Under the pieces are notes generated by a model. It made no database searches and was not told the origin of the DNA. It was given only the letters and a program-made list of their open reading frames with translations. Positions 26,259 through 39,471 of a stretch of DNA of 64,000 nt are shown here, piece after piece. Numbering within the stretch: position 1 is the stretch's first letter; every line of letters starts with the position of its first letter. Position numbers and translations under genes: made by a program. The DNA lies in the NCBI RefSeq assembly GCF_001194135.2, contig NC_068984.1, positions 99,457,333 to 99,521,332 on the forward strand. Direction: 5' to 3'. This DNA comes from Octopus bimaculoides (Eukaryota).

Positions 26259-26288
26259 GATATTTCGGAATTACAATTCCTTCTTCAG
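26259..26288 (-). ncRNA. Minimal hammerhead-ribozyme-like motif (Penelope-type), stem I not evident
   Basis: Minus strand CUGAAGA-A-GGAAUU-GU-AAUUCC-GAAA-UAUC: core CUGANGA and GAAA, perfect 6-bp inverted repeat as stem II, palindromic AUAU before a candidate AUC cleavage triplet. Confidence 0.45.
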
Positions 26289-27814
26289 TTCTTCTTAGCT
26301 GGAGTCTCTGCTTGTCTAATTTTGTTTCAGAGTTAAACAGCTCTCAAGAAAGAAAAAGTGACACGTGTATGTTAAAGAATATAGTTTTTTGAGGATGTTC
26401 CCTCCTAAAACTGCACTTTTACTACGGCTGATGTGAACTTTACACTATCTCAAAAATCAAATGTTTCATAGTTCTGTATAAATTTTTAGCAAACTTTAAG
26501 ATACTTTTCCCAGCAGTTTTCAAAATAAGTGGAATTTCCATGAGAGTAACAATTATTTCATGTCTATAGCAAATCTTTCCATTATTCCCCAAACAAACTA
26601 CACAAGGGTTCAAAAATCTGGGATTGAGACTAAAAAAACTGTTGAAATACTGTTAACAGTATTAGCATAGTTTATGGAAAATTTCTGACAAGAGTTGAGA
26701 TAAAAAAAAAAACTTGTGATATAAAATTAGGGTGTTATGAAATTAGCTAAACAAGTGGATTGAGAAATAAATAGCCTGATCAATGACCTTGATCAATATA
26801 TATTTCTTGTATATATTTGGCAAGAGTTTTGATATGTTGTAAACAATACAGTTTTGTTTTGGACGGGTCATTTCTGTCAATAATTAAATACACACATACT
26901 CACTTGTACACATGTTCATACACTCATATGCACATATATGAATAAACACACAAATATTCATGTACAGATATACATATTGATTGTTACTGTTCACTTCTAT
27001 ATTCTTTGAAAGTCTTTTGTCAGGGGATGGCGCCACAACAAAGAATGGACAAAATAGATAGAAAAGGAAAAAAAAATAAGCTAAATATATAAATAAATGA
27101 AAAATATATAAATAAAAGATATAAGGACTGACCAATTGAAAAGTGGAACAGATGTGGTAAAGAAAGAGGAGAAAAGGAGGAGGGAGGGAGAGGGTGAAAG
27201 AGAAAGAGGATAAAGGTCACAAGAACAAAAAATATTTTGAAGGAATAAAGAAGTCAATAGTAATGATTTTTAATGTCCGATGCTCAACCAATTCTGTCCT
27301 ATTGTAACAAAGTGAATCAACAATTTCCAATACAGGCACACAGTCACATATTTTGAAGGTACAGAGCAGAATTAATTATAATTTAGCCTATATTTGACAG
27401 GTACCTTTATTTTATCCACCCTGGATGGATGACAGCAGAATTTGAACTCAGATGTTATTAAATACCACAATATATTTTCTTTCATACTCTTCCACTGCTG
27501 CTTCTACTGCACTCATCACTACTACTGCTGCTGCTGCTATTACTAAGAAGAAGAAGACTATCTGATTTGTTTGAAACTTCTTTAAAATCAAAGATATTTG
27601 ATATAATCTTAATCCTCTGAATCTGATCTCCTTTTCCTATAATACATCATTGCTAATCATAAATAACACCCACAGTAAAACATCTAACCTGTTGTTAATT
27701 GAGAAAATCTGAGTGAGACTTGGAACAGCTTGTACATATCAAAGCATCAACAACAACAGGATTAATAATAATAATTATGATTATGATAATGATAATAATA
27801 ATAATTATAATAAT

Positions 27815-29480
27815 AAAGGTTGGATAACAGAGGAGCTTTTGACATGGTACCACACATTTAGATAATTAAAACAATGAGCATGTTTGGAGTGACAGAAAAT
27901 ATGAAGAAACTGGTCAACGAAAGTATGAAACATTGAAATATTGAATTGATTGGAGGAAAACAAAGACTTGGCAGACAGTGCACATTGGATGTGGTATATT
28001 TCAAGGTGATAGCTTATCACCATTACTATTCGTAATGGCAATGATACCACTGAGTTTGATATTATGGAAAGTTAAAATAGCTTATGATTTGAGAAAAGAG
28101 TATAGTCGGATAAATCATCTCCTGTTTATGGACGATATAAAGCTTTAAACAAAAAATGAGAAGCAGCTTCAAAGTTTTGTGCATATTGTTTGCATTTTCT
28201 CAAATGATGCAGGTATGGAAATTGGGACTGAAATATTGATAATGGAATGGGGAAGGTTTGAAGGAAGCTATGGAATTGAAATGCTAAATAAACAAACAAT
28301 GAAAGCAGTTGAAAAAAAACAGTGGTACAAGTATTTAGGAATACTGAAGACAGATGAAATAAAACATGGAAAGATGAAGCAAATTGCAAATAGAGAGTAT
28401 AGAAGGAAAATGAGAGAAAATATTACAGCCAAGGTTGGAATAAAAAAAATGTTACTGAAGCACTAGATTCAAGAGTAGTGTCAATCATCAGATATGAAGC
28501 TAGAACTGTGGATTGGACAAAAAGTGACATGCAAAAGCTTGACAGAAAAATTAGAAAGCTGTTGATTATGTATGGAGCTCACTATCTGAAAGCTGATATT
28601 AACTGGTCATACTTGAAGAAATACTAGAGCAGAAGAGGTTTAAATGGTGTGGAAGAGCATGTGCAGATGGAATGCAACAGCTTACTAGATTATTTGGAGA
28701 CCAGCACAGAGAAATTACTAAAGTCAGTGAATACAGGACAGGTGATCGAGTATGGAATAGGAGAAAGGGACAAGAATGAAATTGTAAGAGAAGATGTGAA
28801 TCAGATCGATGAGGAACCTTTGCATGGTCAGTTTTGGAAAATCACTAAGGATGTATATGGAACAAACCCCTGGGCTTAGTTGAAAAAGAGGTAATAGTAG
28901 CTCAAGACCAGTCAATGCAAAGAAAGAACCTGAGAAAATATGTGTATGGGCTGAAGGTGTTAGCAGAATGTTATATCTAGGATGAAAAAAATGACACATA
29001 TTATTGCAGAATGTCCCAAGTTGGCTCAAGGAGAACTTAAGAAATGGAAGCATGATCAAGTTGTGAAAGTTTTGTGCTGATGTACTTGGCATAATCATTG
29101 GGTAGAAAGAGTCAGATAAAAGCAAGATTTTATGGGATTTTCCACTATAAATGGATAAAAGGATAGTAAGCTATAACAATAATAGACAAAGAAAAGCAAA
29201 TTTGCTTACTGATTGAGCCATCATGTCTATTTGATTCCAGGATTGTGAAGAAAGGTGAAAAATTAAAAAATACAATCCCTCAGAATTTGAGATTGTGAAA
29301 TTTGGAATATGAAAACTAGAATTTGTGCCTGTAATAATTGGTGCATTAGGGACTGTGAGTAACGACATAGAAAAATGGTTGAAGGAGATTGGAATGGAAT
29401 GTTCTGTAGAGCTTCTATAGAAGGTTTGCCTCTTAGCAACCGAAAAGATTATCAGAAGGATATTGAGCACTTGAAAGATT
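27815..29480 (+). mobile_element. R4/Dong-like LINE, 5'-truncated, decayed
   Basis: GIFQGDSLSPLLFVMAMIPLSLIL, INHLLFMDDIKL, HIIAECPKLAQ, VPVIIGALGTV; same family as 14870-16420. Confidence 0.85.
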
Positions 29481-29594
29481 ATTGAAAGCTTGTGGGTATC
29501 TAACATTATTGTTAGTAACTTGCTACCCACACAAAATCTACCAGGAACAAGACTATTCCTGAGTCAAGTCAAATGACTACAACAACAATAATAA

Positions 29595-30010
29595 CAATCT
29601 TTTCTACTATAGGCACATGATCTGAAATTTTGGTGGGAGGGAGCTACTTGATTATATTGATCCCAGTGTGTAATTAGTACTTATTTCATTGACCCTGAAA
29701 GGATGAAAGGCAAAGTTGACCTCAGCGGAATTTGAACTCAGAATGTAACGATGGACAAAATGCTGCTAAGCATTTTTTCCGGCATGCTAACGTTTCTTAT
29801 TTCTTTATTACCCACAAGGGGTTAAACAAAGAGGGACAAACTAGGACAGACAAAGGGATTAAATCGATTACATCGACCCCAGTGCGTAACTAGTACTTAA
29901 TTTATCTGACTTTGGCGGATATTGAACTCAGAACATAATGGCAGGCGAAATACTGCTAAGAATTTTGCCAGGCATGCTAACGTTTCTACCAGCTCACCAC
30001 CTTAATAATA
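29595..30010 (-). mobile_element. Nested/tandem SINE family B copies
   Basis: Two head-plus-core units matching the 17050-17260 copy in reverse. Confidence 0.7.
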
Positions 30011-30021
30011 ATAGTAATAAC

Positions 30022-30388
30022 AAGAGCACTCAGAGAGCACAAACCTCCACCAAGGTAACACCAACCTCCTCTCAATGTTTAGCCAGAGATGATTTTTAAA
30101 ATGAGAATATCTGAAATAAACTCGACTGCTCTCACAAAAGAGAATACTAAAAATGAACCCAACCACTCAAAAGTTAAGTAAAAAAACAGGAAAAATAATC
30201 CAGAATCCTTGTCCGGTACCAGGTCAATCCCCAAATCTAATCAGTTCCTGCCAGTCATGAGGCCAAACATCCCTGAAAGTTTTATCTGAATCCATCCAGT
30301 GGTTCTTGAAATATCTTGTTTACGGACAAACAAACAAACAAACACAACTGAAAATAATACCTCTACCTTCGCTAAGGTGGAGATAATA
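30022..30388 (-). mobile_element. Non-autonomous Helentron-type (HINE-like) element, second copy
   Basis: Reverse complement of 11502-11870 including the hairpin end, (AAAC)n tract and gagcactcagagagcac end. Confidence 0.65.
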
Positions 30389-30954
30389 AATATTTTTACA
30401 CTCTCAAGGTGACACATTTGGAGAAAGGAGCAGAGTCAGTCACAATCAACTCCAATGCATAACTGATACTTATTTAATTGACCCTGAAAGGATGAAAGCC
30501 AAAGATGTCATCCAGCTGGATCTGAACTACTAAGTATTATAAGATATTTAGTCCAGTGCTCTACCAATTCTGTCTAATTGGAGTAAAAGTGAATGCTGAT
30601 ATAGACAGAAGACTATAGATGCTAGAAGATGGCCAGAGTCAGTTACAGTTAACCCTAGTGATTAACTGATATTAATTTTCCTAACTCTGGGAGGATGAAA
30701 GGGAAAAGTAAACTCAACTTTGAGATGAAAGGAAAGGGGGAAACTGTCTCTGGCTTATTTTGAACTCAGAATGTAAGTGGAGTAAATGAAATACCACAGC
30801 GTTTTGTCTGAAGTTTTACCAAATTTGCCATTTCACTGCCTTAAAGTAGTATATAGTAATGATTTCTAACATAGAAATAAATAGAATTAATAAGTCTCAA
30901 CTCCAGGTCTGTCATTTTATCACATTAAGGTAAATGAACAGCAATGAAAATAAC

Positions 30955-30983
30955 TGCAGCTGCTGCAACAACAACAACATCAA

Positions 30984-31076
<93 letters not shown>

Positions 31077-31092
31077 TAATAATAATAATAAA
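30955..31092. repeat. Compound (CAA)(ACT)n(AAT)n microsatellite
   Basis: Directly visible; explains the poly-L/V/I ORFs. Confidence 0.95.
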
Positions 31093-31659
31093 ATGCCCTG
31101 ACGGGCAGTGGCTCTCATGGCTTTTGATCTTAACTGATTGGAAGTGTTATCATGTACATTGTTTTGTCTTGGTATAAAAGATGGGCTACAGCAAATATTC
31201 TGCTCAATACCACAGATTTGCTTGCTAGTTACTTGACCTTAAGAAGTTGAGCATGTCCCTTTTGTGGCTGACAATATGTGCATCTCTGATCATGAGTAGA
31301 AGTAGTGGGGGAGCATCATAGTCATGTGTTGAGAAGAATTCTTTGTCATTTGAATAATTCACCTCTGGAAACATGGGTGTTTTGTTCATCATCCTTAAGC
31401 AAACCATATTCAGGAATCTTTTGAACGGGATGTGCTACTCAGTCTAAAGAAAATTCTAACTGGACCCCACCTGCAAGGTCATGCGCTGCTTATCTTGATA
31501 TGAAATCACCATGTCATGCACATATGGTTGTGATGCATGTGTCTGGTGTACCCTTATCAGACAGTAGTCATGATGGGTATAATGGGCTTCGTATATTTTA
31601 CCCCAGTGTCACTTTGATGGCATGGACTGCTCTCTCACTCAATTATAATAATAATAATA

Positions 31660-32390
31660 ATCCTTTCTATTGGAGGCACAGAGCCTCAAATTAGGTGGGA
31701 GGGGACTAGTCAATTACATCAACCCCAGTGCTTCACTGGTATTTAATTTACCTTTCTGGAAAGGATGAGAAGAAAAGTCAACCTCAGCAGAATTTCACCT
31801 CAGAATGTAGTGACAGGTGAAATATCGTTAAGCATCTTGCCTGGTGTGCTAACAACTCTACCAGTTCATCACCTTAATAATAATAATATTTCTACTATAG
31901 GCACTAGGCCTGAAATTTGGTGTGAATGAGCTAGTTAATTATATCAACTCAGTGCATAACTGGTACTTCATCAACCCTGAAAGGATGAATGGCAAAGTTG
32001 ACCCTGATGGAATTTGAACTCAGAGCATAAAGCTGGAAGAAATGCCACTAAGAATTTCATCTGGCATGCTAATGATTCTACCAGCTTGCAATAATAATAT
32101 TAATAAGCGCAACAACAATAATAATAATCGCTTCTAATATAGACACAAAGCCTGTAATTTTGGGGGAAGGAACTAGTCAATTACATTAACCTAAGTACTT
32201 GATTGATACTTATTTTATTGACCCGAAAGAGGTGAAAAAGCAAACCTGACCTCAGCAGAATTTGAATATAAAGTCACTAAGCATTTTGCTCAGTATGCTA
32301 GCAATTCTGCCAGCTTGCCTACTATGGGCCCAAGCCCTGAAATTTTGTTAGTATTTTGTTCAACATGCCAATGATTCTGCCAAATAATAA
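31660..32390 (-). mobile_element. Array of about four SINE family B copies each bounded by (AAT)n
   Basis: Units begin at ~31665, 31890, 32130 and a partial at 32320, with aataataat spacers. Confidence 0.7.
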
Positions 32391-32862
32391 TAATAATGAT
32401 AATGGTAATAATAATAATTACTACCAATATATGTGTTTAAACATAATAAATGAGTGTAGGAAAACACAGCAATATTACAAAATACAGTGAAGAAGGAGAA
32501 TGGCATATAATGTTAACTGATGATAACAAGTTGTGTGTTGAAGGAACTAGGGATGCTGGTAGTGATGGTAAGACAATAGTCTCAAGAGAAGGGTGGTTAG
32601 GTAAAACTGGTTACACAAGAGTTTAACAAGTGAGATGATATAGTTTGAAGACAGGAAGAAGGTAGAATACTTTCTAAACTCTGGGTTAAATAGCTTGCCC
32701 ATTATGGGTGTTTTCCTTCATTTAAACATTGTTGTGGGTTATTGTATTATCATCTTAAGTTATTTTATTAGCTCTTTTATTGTTGTCTCTTTTACCATAT
32801 TTTATTGCCATCAGTACACTGGTGCTAGTGCCACATAAAAATAAACACTCAGCATGCACTGT

Positions 32863-33243
32863 TGTTGGCACTCCGTCGCTTACGACGTCGAGGGTTCCAG
32901 TTGATCCAATCAAAGGAACAGCCTGCTCGTGAAATTAAAGTGCAAATGGCTGAGCACTCCACAGACATGTGTACCTTTAACGCAGTTCTCGGGGATATTC
33001 AGCGTGACACAGTGTGACAAGGCTGACCCTTTGAATTACAGGCACAACAGAAACAGGAAGTAAGAGTGAGAGAAAGTTGTGGTGAAAGAGTACAGCAGGG
33101 TTCACCACCATCCCCTGCTGGAGCCTCGTGGAGCTTTAGGTGTTTTCACTTAATAAACACTCACAACGCCTGGTCTGGGAATCGAAACCGCGATCCTATG
33201 ACTGTGAGTCCGCTGCCCTAAACACTGGGCCATTGTGCCTCCA
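32863..33243 (-). mobile_element. Full-length tRNA-derived SINE (family C) with 13-bp TSD, nested in an older RTE-tailed SINE
   Basis: TSD cagcatgcactgt at 32850-32862 and 33244-33256; minus-strand head gtggaggcacaatggcccagtg...ggtttcgattccc; host element resumes at 33257 and ends in (GAT)n at ~33460. Confidence 0.8.
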
Positions 33244-34701
33244 CAGCATGCACTGTAAATTGGTTGGAATTCAGAAGGACATCCAGCTGTAGAAACCAAA
33301 CCAAAACAGACTATTGAACCTTGTGTGGCCCCTGGCCTTGCCAGTTCCTGTCAAACCATCCAGCCCATGCCATCATGGAAAAAGGACATTAAATGTCGTT
33401 GTTGTTGTTGCTGTTGTTTTTGTTGTTGTTAATGATGATGATGATGATGATGATGATGATAGTATTTCATAAAAATTTTCTAGAAGTTATTTGTCATTTT
33501 ATTTCCTACCTTGTATGCAAGTGTATAATAGTTTCAAAGGTATTACTGCCATTTCCCCTTTTACCCTAACTCTTTGCCTTGAAGGGCCTTTGTTACTTGC
33601 TTGGGAATTGTTTCAAACAGAAAAATCAACCAAAGTTTGTAATACAGTGTTTTAATATGAGAGGACACAAGAAAGAAATGTGATCATGCAAAACCAACCT
33701 ACCTTCAGTAGTATGGAGAAAATATATAGCATAGATTTTGTTGATGATGGTAGTGATGGTGGTGATGATGAGAGGATATGACGATGAGGTGTGGTGACAA
33801 GGATGTGTGACAACAATGATTTCTATAGTTTTAATCACTATTAATATATAACATCAATCATTCGGTTTTGCTGTCCAGTGTAATTTCAGTTCCAGTATAA
33901 GATGTATGACCGTTCATTTCTGACCACATAACAATTTAAAAAATATCACCGTGTTGTTTACTCTGGAATAGTTTCATGTGAAAATAGCTGCTGGCTACAA
34001 CAATTATAAATCATTTTTTGAGACATATTTCTTCCAGAAGCTTCTCTGAGTCTATGTATGATATACTTTTATCTGTCTGTTCCACAGAAAGGAGGGGTGA
34101 TTATTATCTGGTAATGTGGCAAATAATGTTAATTCTTTTTTAGTTATTCATTTTATTTTCATCTGTCTACAAAGATTTTCATTCCAGTCTTGTCTATTAT
34201 GTACATCAAACATCTGAGTGAAATTTTCTGATGTAGTTACAGGTGAAATTGTTTTCAAAAAGAAATTCAGTTATAATTCTTGTCATAAACACTGTTTTAT
34301 CATGAGTTAAATGTTAAGATTCTACATTAGTTGGTATTCAGCATAATAATCTTTTCTACTGGAGGCACAAGGCCTCAAATTTGTTGAGTGGGGACTAGTC
34401 AATTACATCGACCTCAGTGTTTCACTGGTACTTAATCCATTGACCCCAAAAGGATGAAAGGCAAAGTCAACCTTGGCAAAGTTTGAATTCAGAACGTAGC
34501 GGCAGGTGAAATACCGCTAAGCACTTTGTCCAGCGTGCTAATGATTCTGCCAGCTCACCACTTTAGTATTAGGCATAATAATGGTTACACATTTGTTTTT
34601 GGTTCACTTTTTCTGTTTTTTATTATCCTGGAGAAAGAGGCTATAGCCATGGCCTTATCAGGATTTCCAATTTGGTCAAGTTGATATATGAGCATCTAGT
34701 T

Positions 34702-35005
34702 CAGTGGTTTTCATATGGCCCTTGGGGTCCATGCACCAAAATAATAAAATGGGAATCCACAATAATATTTTAAGGGCTCCTGAAAAACTTTTGCTTTAGT
34801 TGTATGTATTGGTATTTGTTGGAAGAAACAGCTAGGTTTCTTTCTCAAACATTTTACATAGCTCAGCCTACACAAGTTAAGCAAAATAGGAATTTTGAAA
34901 AAGTTTCTATAAAGTAGTTTTTAAATATCAAATGGCTATGGGGGTTCCCCAGAATAAAATAGTAACCAAAGGGATCTATAGATAAAAAATGGTTGAGAAC
35001 CCCTG
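34702..35005. mobile_element. hAT-type MITE
   Basis: Ends cagtggttttca / ttgagaacccctg; 8-bp flanks atctagtt and acctagtt (7/8 match). Confidence 0.75.
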
Positions 35006-35586
35006 ACCTAGTTGTTTGATAAACAGGATGATTTACTCATTGGATTAGCTTGTGAAATGGTTGAGGTGTGTGTATCCTTAACATAGTTCTCAAGTAACTG
35101 TGTGACAAAACTGGACCTTTGAATGAAGGAGCAGTCCATTCAATGAGCATCTGCCCTCTTTCTGTGTGCCTATATCTCCACACAAGGTTTGATTTAACCT
35201 GAGTTTATTGTAAAGTCACTTTCTTAAGATGTTATAAAGTGGGATAGAACTCAAGGTTGTAACCTGATGGCTTTAACCTGATGGTTGTAACCACTCAGCT
35301 ATGCCCTCCTCTATTAGGTATGATATAATGTGCATCATTATCACAGCAAAATTTATGTCCCAAACACTGGTCTTCTTCTTCAGAACTAGAAGTACTTCAG
35401 GCCTTAATAACTGATAACTCTTTACAAATCTCAATTGATATTCACAATAGAGTACTGGTCCCTTATCTACTCTGCTCCTTGAGATTGGCTGGTATTATCA
35501 ACCAACTTTTTTTGAAGAGAGATCATTTTAGTGTTACCAATTCACTGATCTCACCTTCTCTTGTTACCCATATTCCTCTTTCCCAT

Positions 35587-35688
35587 ACTAATACACACAC
35601 ACATCTGCCCCTTACTAATACACACACACATCTGCCTTATACTAATACACACACACATCTGCCTTATACTAATACACACACACATCTC
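35587..35688. repeat. ~27-bp tandem repeat x4 (tactaatacacacacacatctgcctta)
   Basis: Directly visible. Confidence 0.9.
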
Positions 35689-36559
35689 TAGAATATTGGT
35701 TCTCAGGAATTCCTTCCTGAGGCATGTTTTAATTGTAGCCATCAAATTCAAAACTGTTCAAAGGAATATTAACAGCTTTAGTCTTACAGATTTCAGAAGT
35801 CTTGCAAATGAGAAGGTTATAAGCTCATCCTTCAGACCAAACTTATAAAAAAAGTAAAAAACATATCTTCTCTAATACAGACAAAATGGTTATATCTTCT
35901 GCTAGAATGGTGTATAAAATAGACAGGATGAAGTTAAGGGTGAGATGGTATGACCTCGAACACATATGGAATGGCCATAGCTACTATCTATATATTTTAA
36001 ACAGTAAAATTTTAGATAATATGAAGCAGAATGAAAGATAATCATAACTAGATTAACCATAACTAGGCTCATAACTGGACATGTTGAATTGTTAGCTCAT
36101 CGGTTGAGATGCATTTTGATCTCTGGTCTTTTGTTTTCTGGATTCAGTTGCTGCTCTCTCTCATTGGCCTCTCCATGGGGCAAGAAAACATAGCCTTTGA
36201 CACTGGTGGGATGTGTCTTTAGTGTCAAATGGATTAAAGTAATATATCAGTCACATCAGTATACTTGTCTATAAATGCAGAACTAACACAAAGAATGTTA
36301 TAAACAATGGGACTGTAATGGAAAACATATAAATAAGAAACTGTAAATTGATGATATTATAGACATTATGAAGATATTATAGACATTAATCTCATACATT
36401 CTCACTAGCAAGGTTTGAACCACATACCACACTTTGCAAAAGTCCTATTCAACACTCATTACAACACATTCAGCAAAGGGGAAAATGATAGTTTTGATGC
36501 GGTTAGACATGTTTTTATTGTTTTAACATATAATTTTATTGTTTTAGCATATAAATATG

Positions 36560-37600
36560 TTTAAATATTGATATTAATCAAAGTGGCTACCCTCAACGGT
36601 GAGCACTCACTCCAGGCAAGACCTGAAGGTCATGCACATGTTGTGGAAAATATCCTTGCTCATGCTGGCCCACTTACAGTTGATAGAGGACTTCAGCTCA
36701 TTGACATTGCTGTGATATGCACCTACATGCTGTGATCAAAAGGGTTGTGACTGGCAGCCAAAAGTCCTTCAGCCAGAAGTTCATGTTTGACCTCAACCAC
36801 TCTTGTGCGGCTTTAGCCATGTGGGCCAGGACACCATTCTTCTGAAAGACATAGTCTGCTTTCTTCATGATCTTTCTCACTCAGGGAAGGACTTTTGTGG
36901 CCAAGATGTCCCTGTAGTCAGCTGCGATGAGCTTATAACCAACCATGAGACACACGAGCCATTCTCACCATTCAAAGCTACAACACCGAGCATCATCACA
37001 GAGGCCAGGCGCTTGGTCATGGACTTGTAGCAGACTTTGGAGGTGTCCTGGCTGAAGCTGACCATGTGGTTGTTCTGCTTGTTGATGACTGGATCCACTG
37101 TGAAGGTTTATTCATCAGAAAAAATGAGAATTTGATTGCCATGACACTTTAAGATGTTGAGAAGGTGAAGACAGTGCTTCCAGTGTTGTTCTTGCTTACG
37201 GCCAGTGAGCAGTCACCTTTCCACACACCTCAAGTTCTTGCCATCCTCCTCCTTGATGGCCCTGGAAACTGTGACCACCGAGATGTTGTTCTTCACGAGT
37301 GCAGTCATTTTGAGTTTTGGATCACTTTTGAAGGCCTTTCTCACAGCCAAACAGCTGATAACTTGAGGTCTGCCTGATCAAGATTAATCTTTGAAGTCTT
37401 TCCTGTTCTTGAACCTCTCAGTGATTCTGTGGATAGTCATCTGGCTCATGTTGAGCTGCTTGGCGATGTCATATTTGTTGTGGCCCACATGCAGGAGAGC
37501 AGAGATCTCAATTCTTTTCACTTCCATCTCAATACACCTGCACACAATAGAAAAGATGCTTTAGTGACACTTGCAGGAAAAATAGAACTTTAGGTATGTT
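36560..37600 (-). mobile_element. Decayed Tc1/mariner (maT/DD37D-like) transposase
   Basis: VINKQNNH...ASVMMLGVVALNGE and YVFQKNGVLAHMAKAAQEWLRSNMNFWLKDFWLP; frameshifts. Confidence 0.7.
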
Positions 37601-38168
37601 TGATGGCACTTTTTCTATCACACATGTAAACCTCTCAAAAGACTCAAAACCACAGGATTTTTTGCAAAGCCCAATATATTTACTGCAATGGTGTCCCACA
37701 TTACTAGCTTCATTGAAGAGTATCTGCTGCTTCTCCTCAAATTAGATTTTGTATTTTTTTTCTTTAAATCTGGTACATATTCTATCTGACACTTTTTGTC
37801 AGACTTCTAAGTCACTGGAACAATTTCTGTTTACCAAATTTACTCACAAGTCACTGGTCAGCTTGGTACTATGATAGAAAACCCTTTCCCAAGATGTTAT
37901 GTAATAAGGCGGAACCTGAAACCATGTGGTTGTGAAATAAACTTGTGGTATGGCCATGCTTTCTACAATACTACAATTATTAGCATATTTCATTGTTCAT
38001 TTAATACAATCAGGACAGGATGTTGTACCAATGTGCAGCATAGCAAGGTATACTACCTTGGTTCAATGCTTGCTACGAGAAATAATTGTTTATGGTTTAG
38101 GTACAAAACCTGCAATTTTGAGAGGTGTGGGTTAGTCAATACCATTAACCCAGTACTTAATAAGTACT

Positions 38169-38169
<1 letters not shown>

Positions 38170-38201
<32 letters not shown>

Positions 38202-38940
38202 TTTTACCATCCGTTTTCCATACTGACATAAGTTAGACAGTTTGACTGATACTAGTAAGCCAGGGAGCTGCACCAGGTCCCAGTCTGTTTTGGCTGTGCC
38301 TGTATGGCTAGATGCCCTTCTTAATGCCAACCACTCCAAAGGGTGTACCAGGTGCCATTTCACATGTCACTGGCATGGGTGCCTTTCACATGTCACCAGC
38401 ACTGGCCACAACTACAATTTCACTTAGCTTGATATGTCTTCTCAAGCACAGCAAATCTTAGTTTCTTGTCATCCCTTCCATGAGATTCAACATCTGAAGA
38501 TCATATTTTACCATCTCCTCTCATATCTTCCTGGATCTATCTCTTCTGCAGGTTCCCTCCACAGTTACTGATCAGCACTTCTTTACACAGCTGTCTTTGT
38601 CCATGTGCATCACATGACCATACCAATGCAGTCTTCTCTCTTACACACTACATCTGAGCCCAATTTTTATACTCAGTTTTTCTCTTAAGACACTTCACAC
38701 TCTGTCATGTATGCACACTGCACATTGCACATCCAGTGGAGCATACTAACTTCATTTCTTTCAAGCTTTTGTATGTCTTGTGCAGTCACGGTCCATGTTT
38801 CACATGGCTGTTTACACACAAGCATCATGCAATCTGCCTTTGACTCTGAGAAAGAAGCCCTTTATTACCAACAAAGGTAGCAGCCCTCTACACTTCACCC
38901 AGCCCATTCTTATTCTAGCAGATTTGAACCCAGACAGAAA
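38170..38940 (-). mobile_element. RTE LINE C-terminal fragment plus RTE-type tail ending in (GAT)n
   Basis: Minus strand ERRLHWYGHVMHMDKDSCVKKC; (CAT)n at 38171-38200 on +. Confidence 0.65.
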
Positions 38941-39431
38941 AAAGCCAGAAGAAATACTGCAATGCAATTTTCCAATGCCCTGATGTTTTTTTCCAATCAT
39001 AGAAAATTCACTTGTATGATATAGAAATTACTTAAAATATCTAATATAAAATACCTAAAATAAATTACCTAAAACGAAATGAAACAGGTTCTACTAACTA
39101 ACCTGGAAACATGTATCTACTGCTTGTCAAATCTAAGTATAGATTTCATGGTATTTTTTTGGAAATTCTAGGAACAGAAATTAAATTCTTGAAATTTACT
39201 GTTAATGACTTGTTTAATGCTGTCTTTAACATGAGTCTTCCTATCATCATTCTGTGCAATACAGTAAATTGGCTTAACAGTCATCATACATAGATTGTCT
39301 TTACAGCAGAGAGAGAGAGAGAGAGAAGTGTAGGATAGAAAGATTATATTATCAGTGTTTGAACACAGCTAACATAAGAAGTCAATGATGAGACAGTGAC
39401 ATAGATCTCTAGTATATACAGAGGGAAGAGT

Positions 39432-39471
<40 letters not shown>

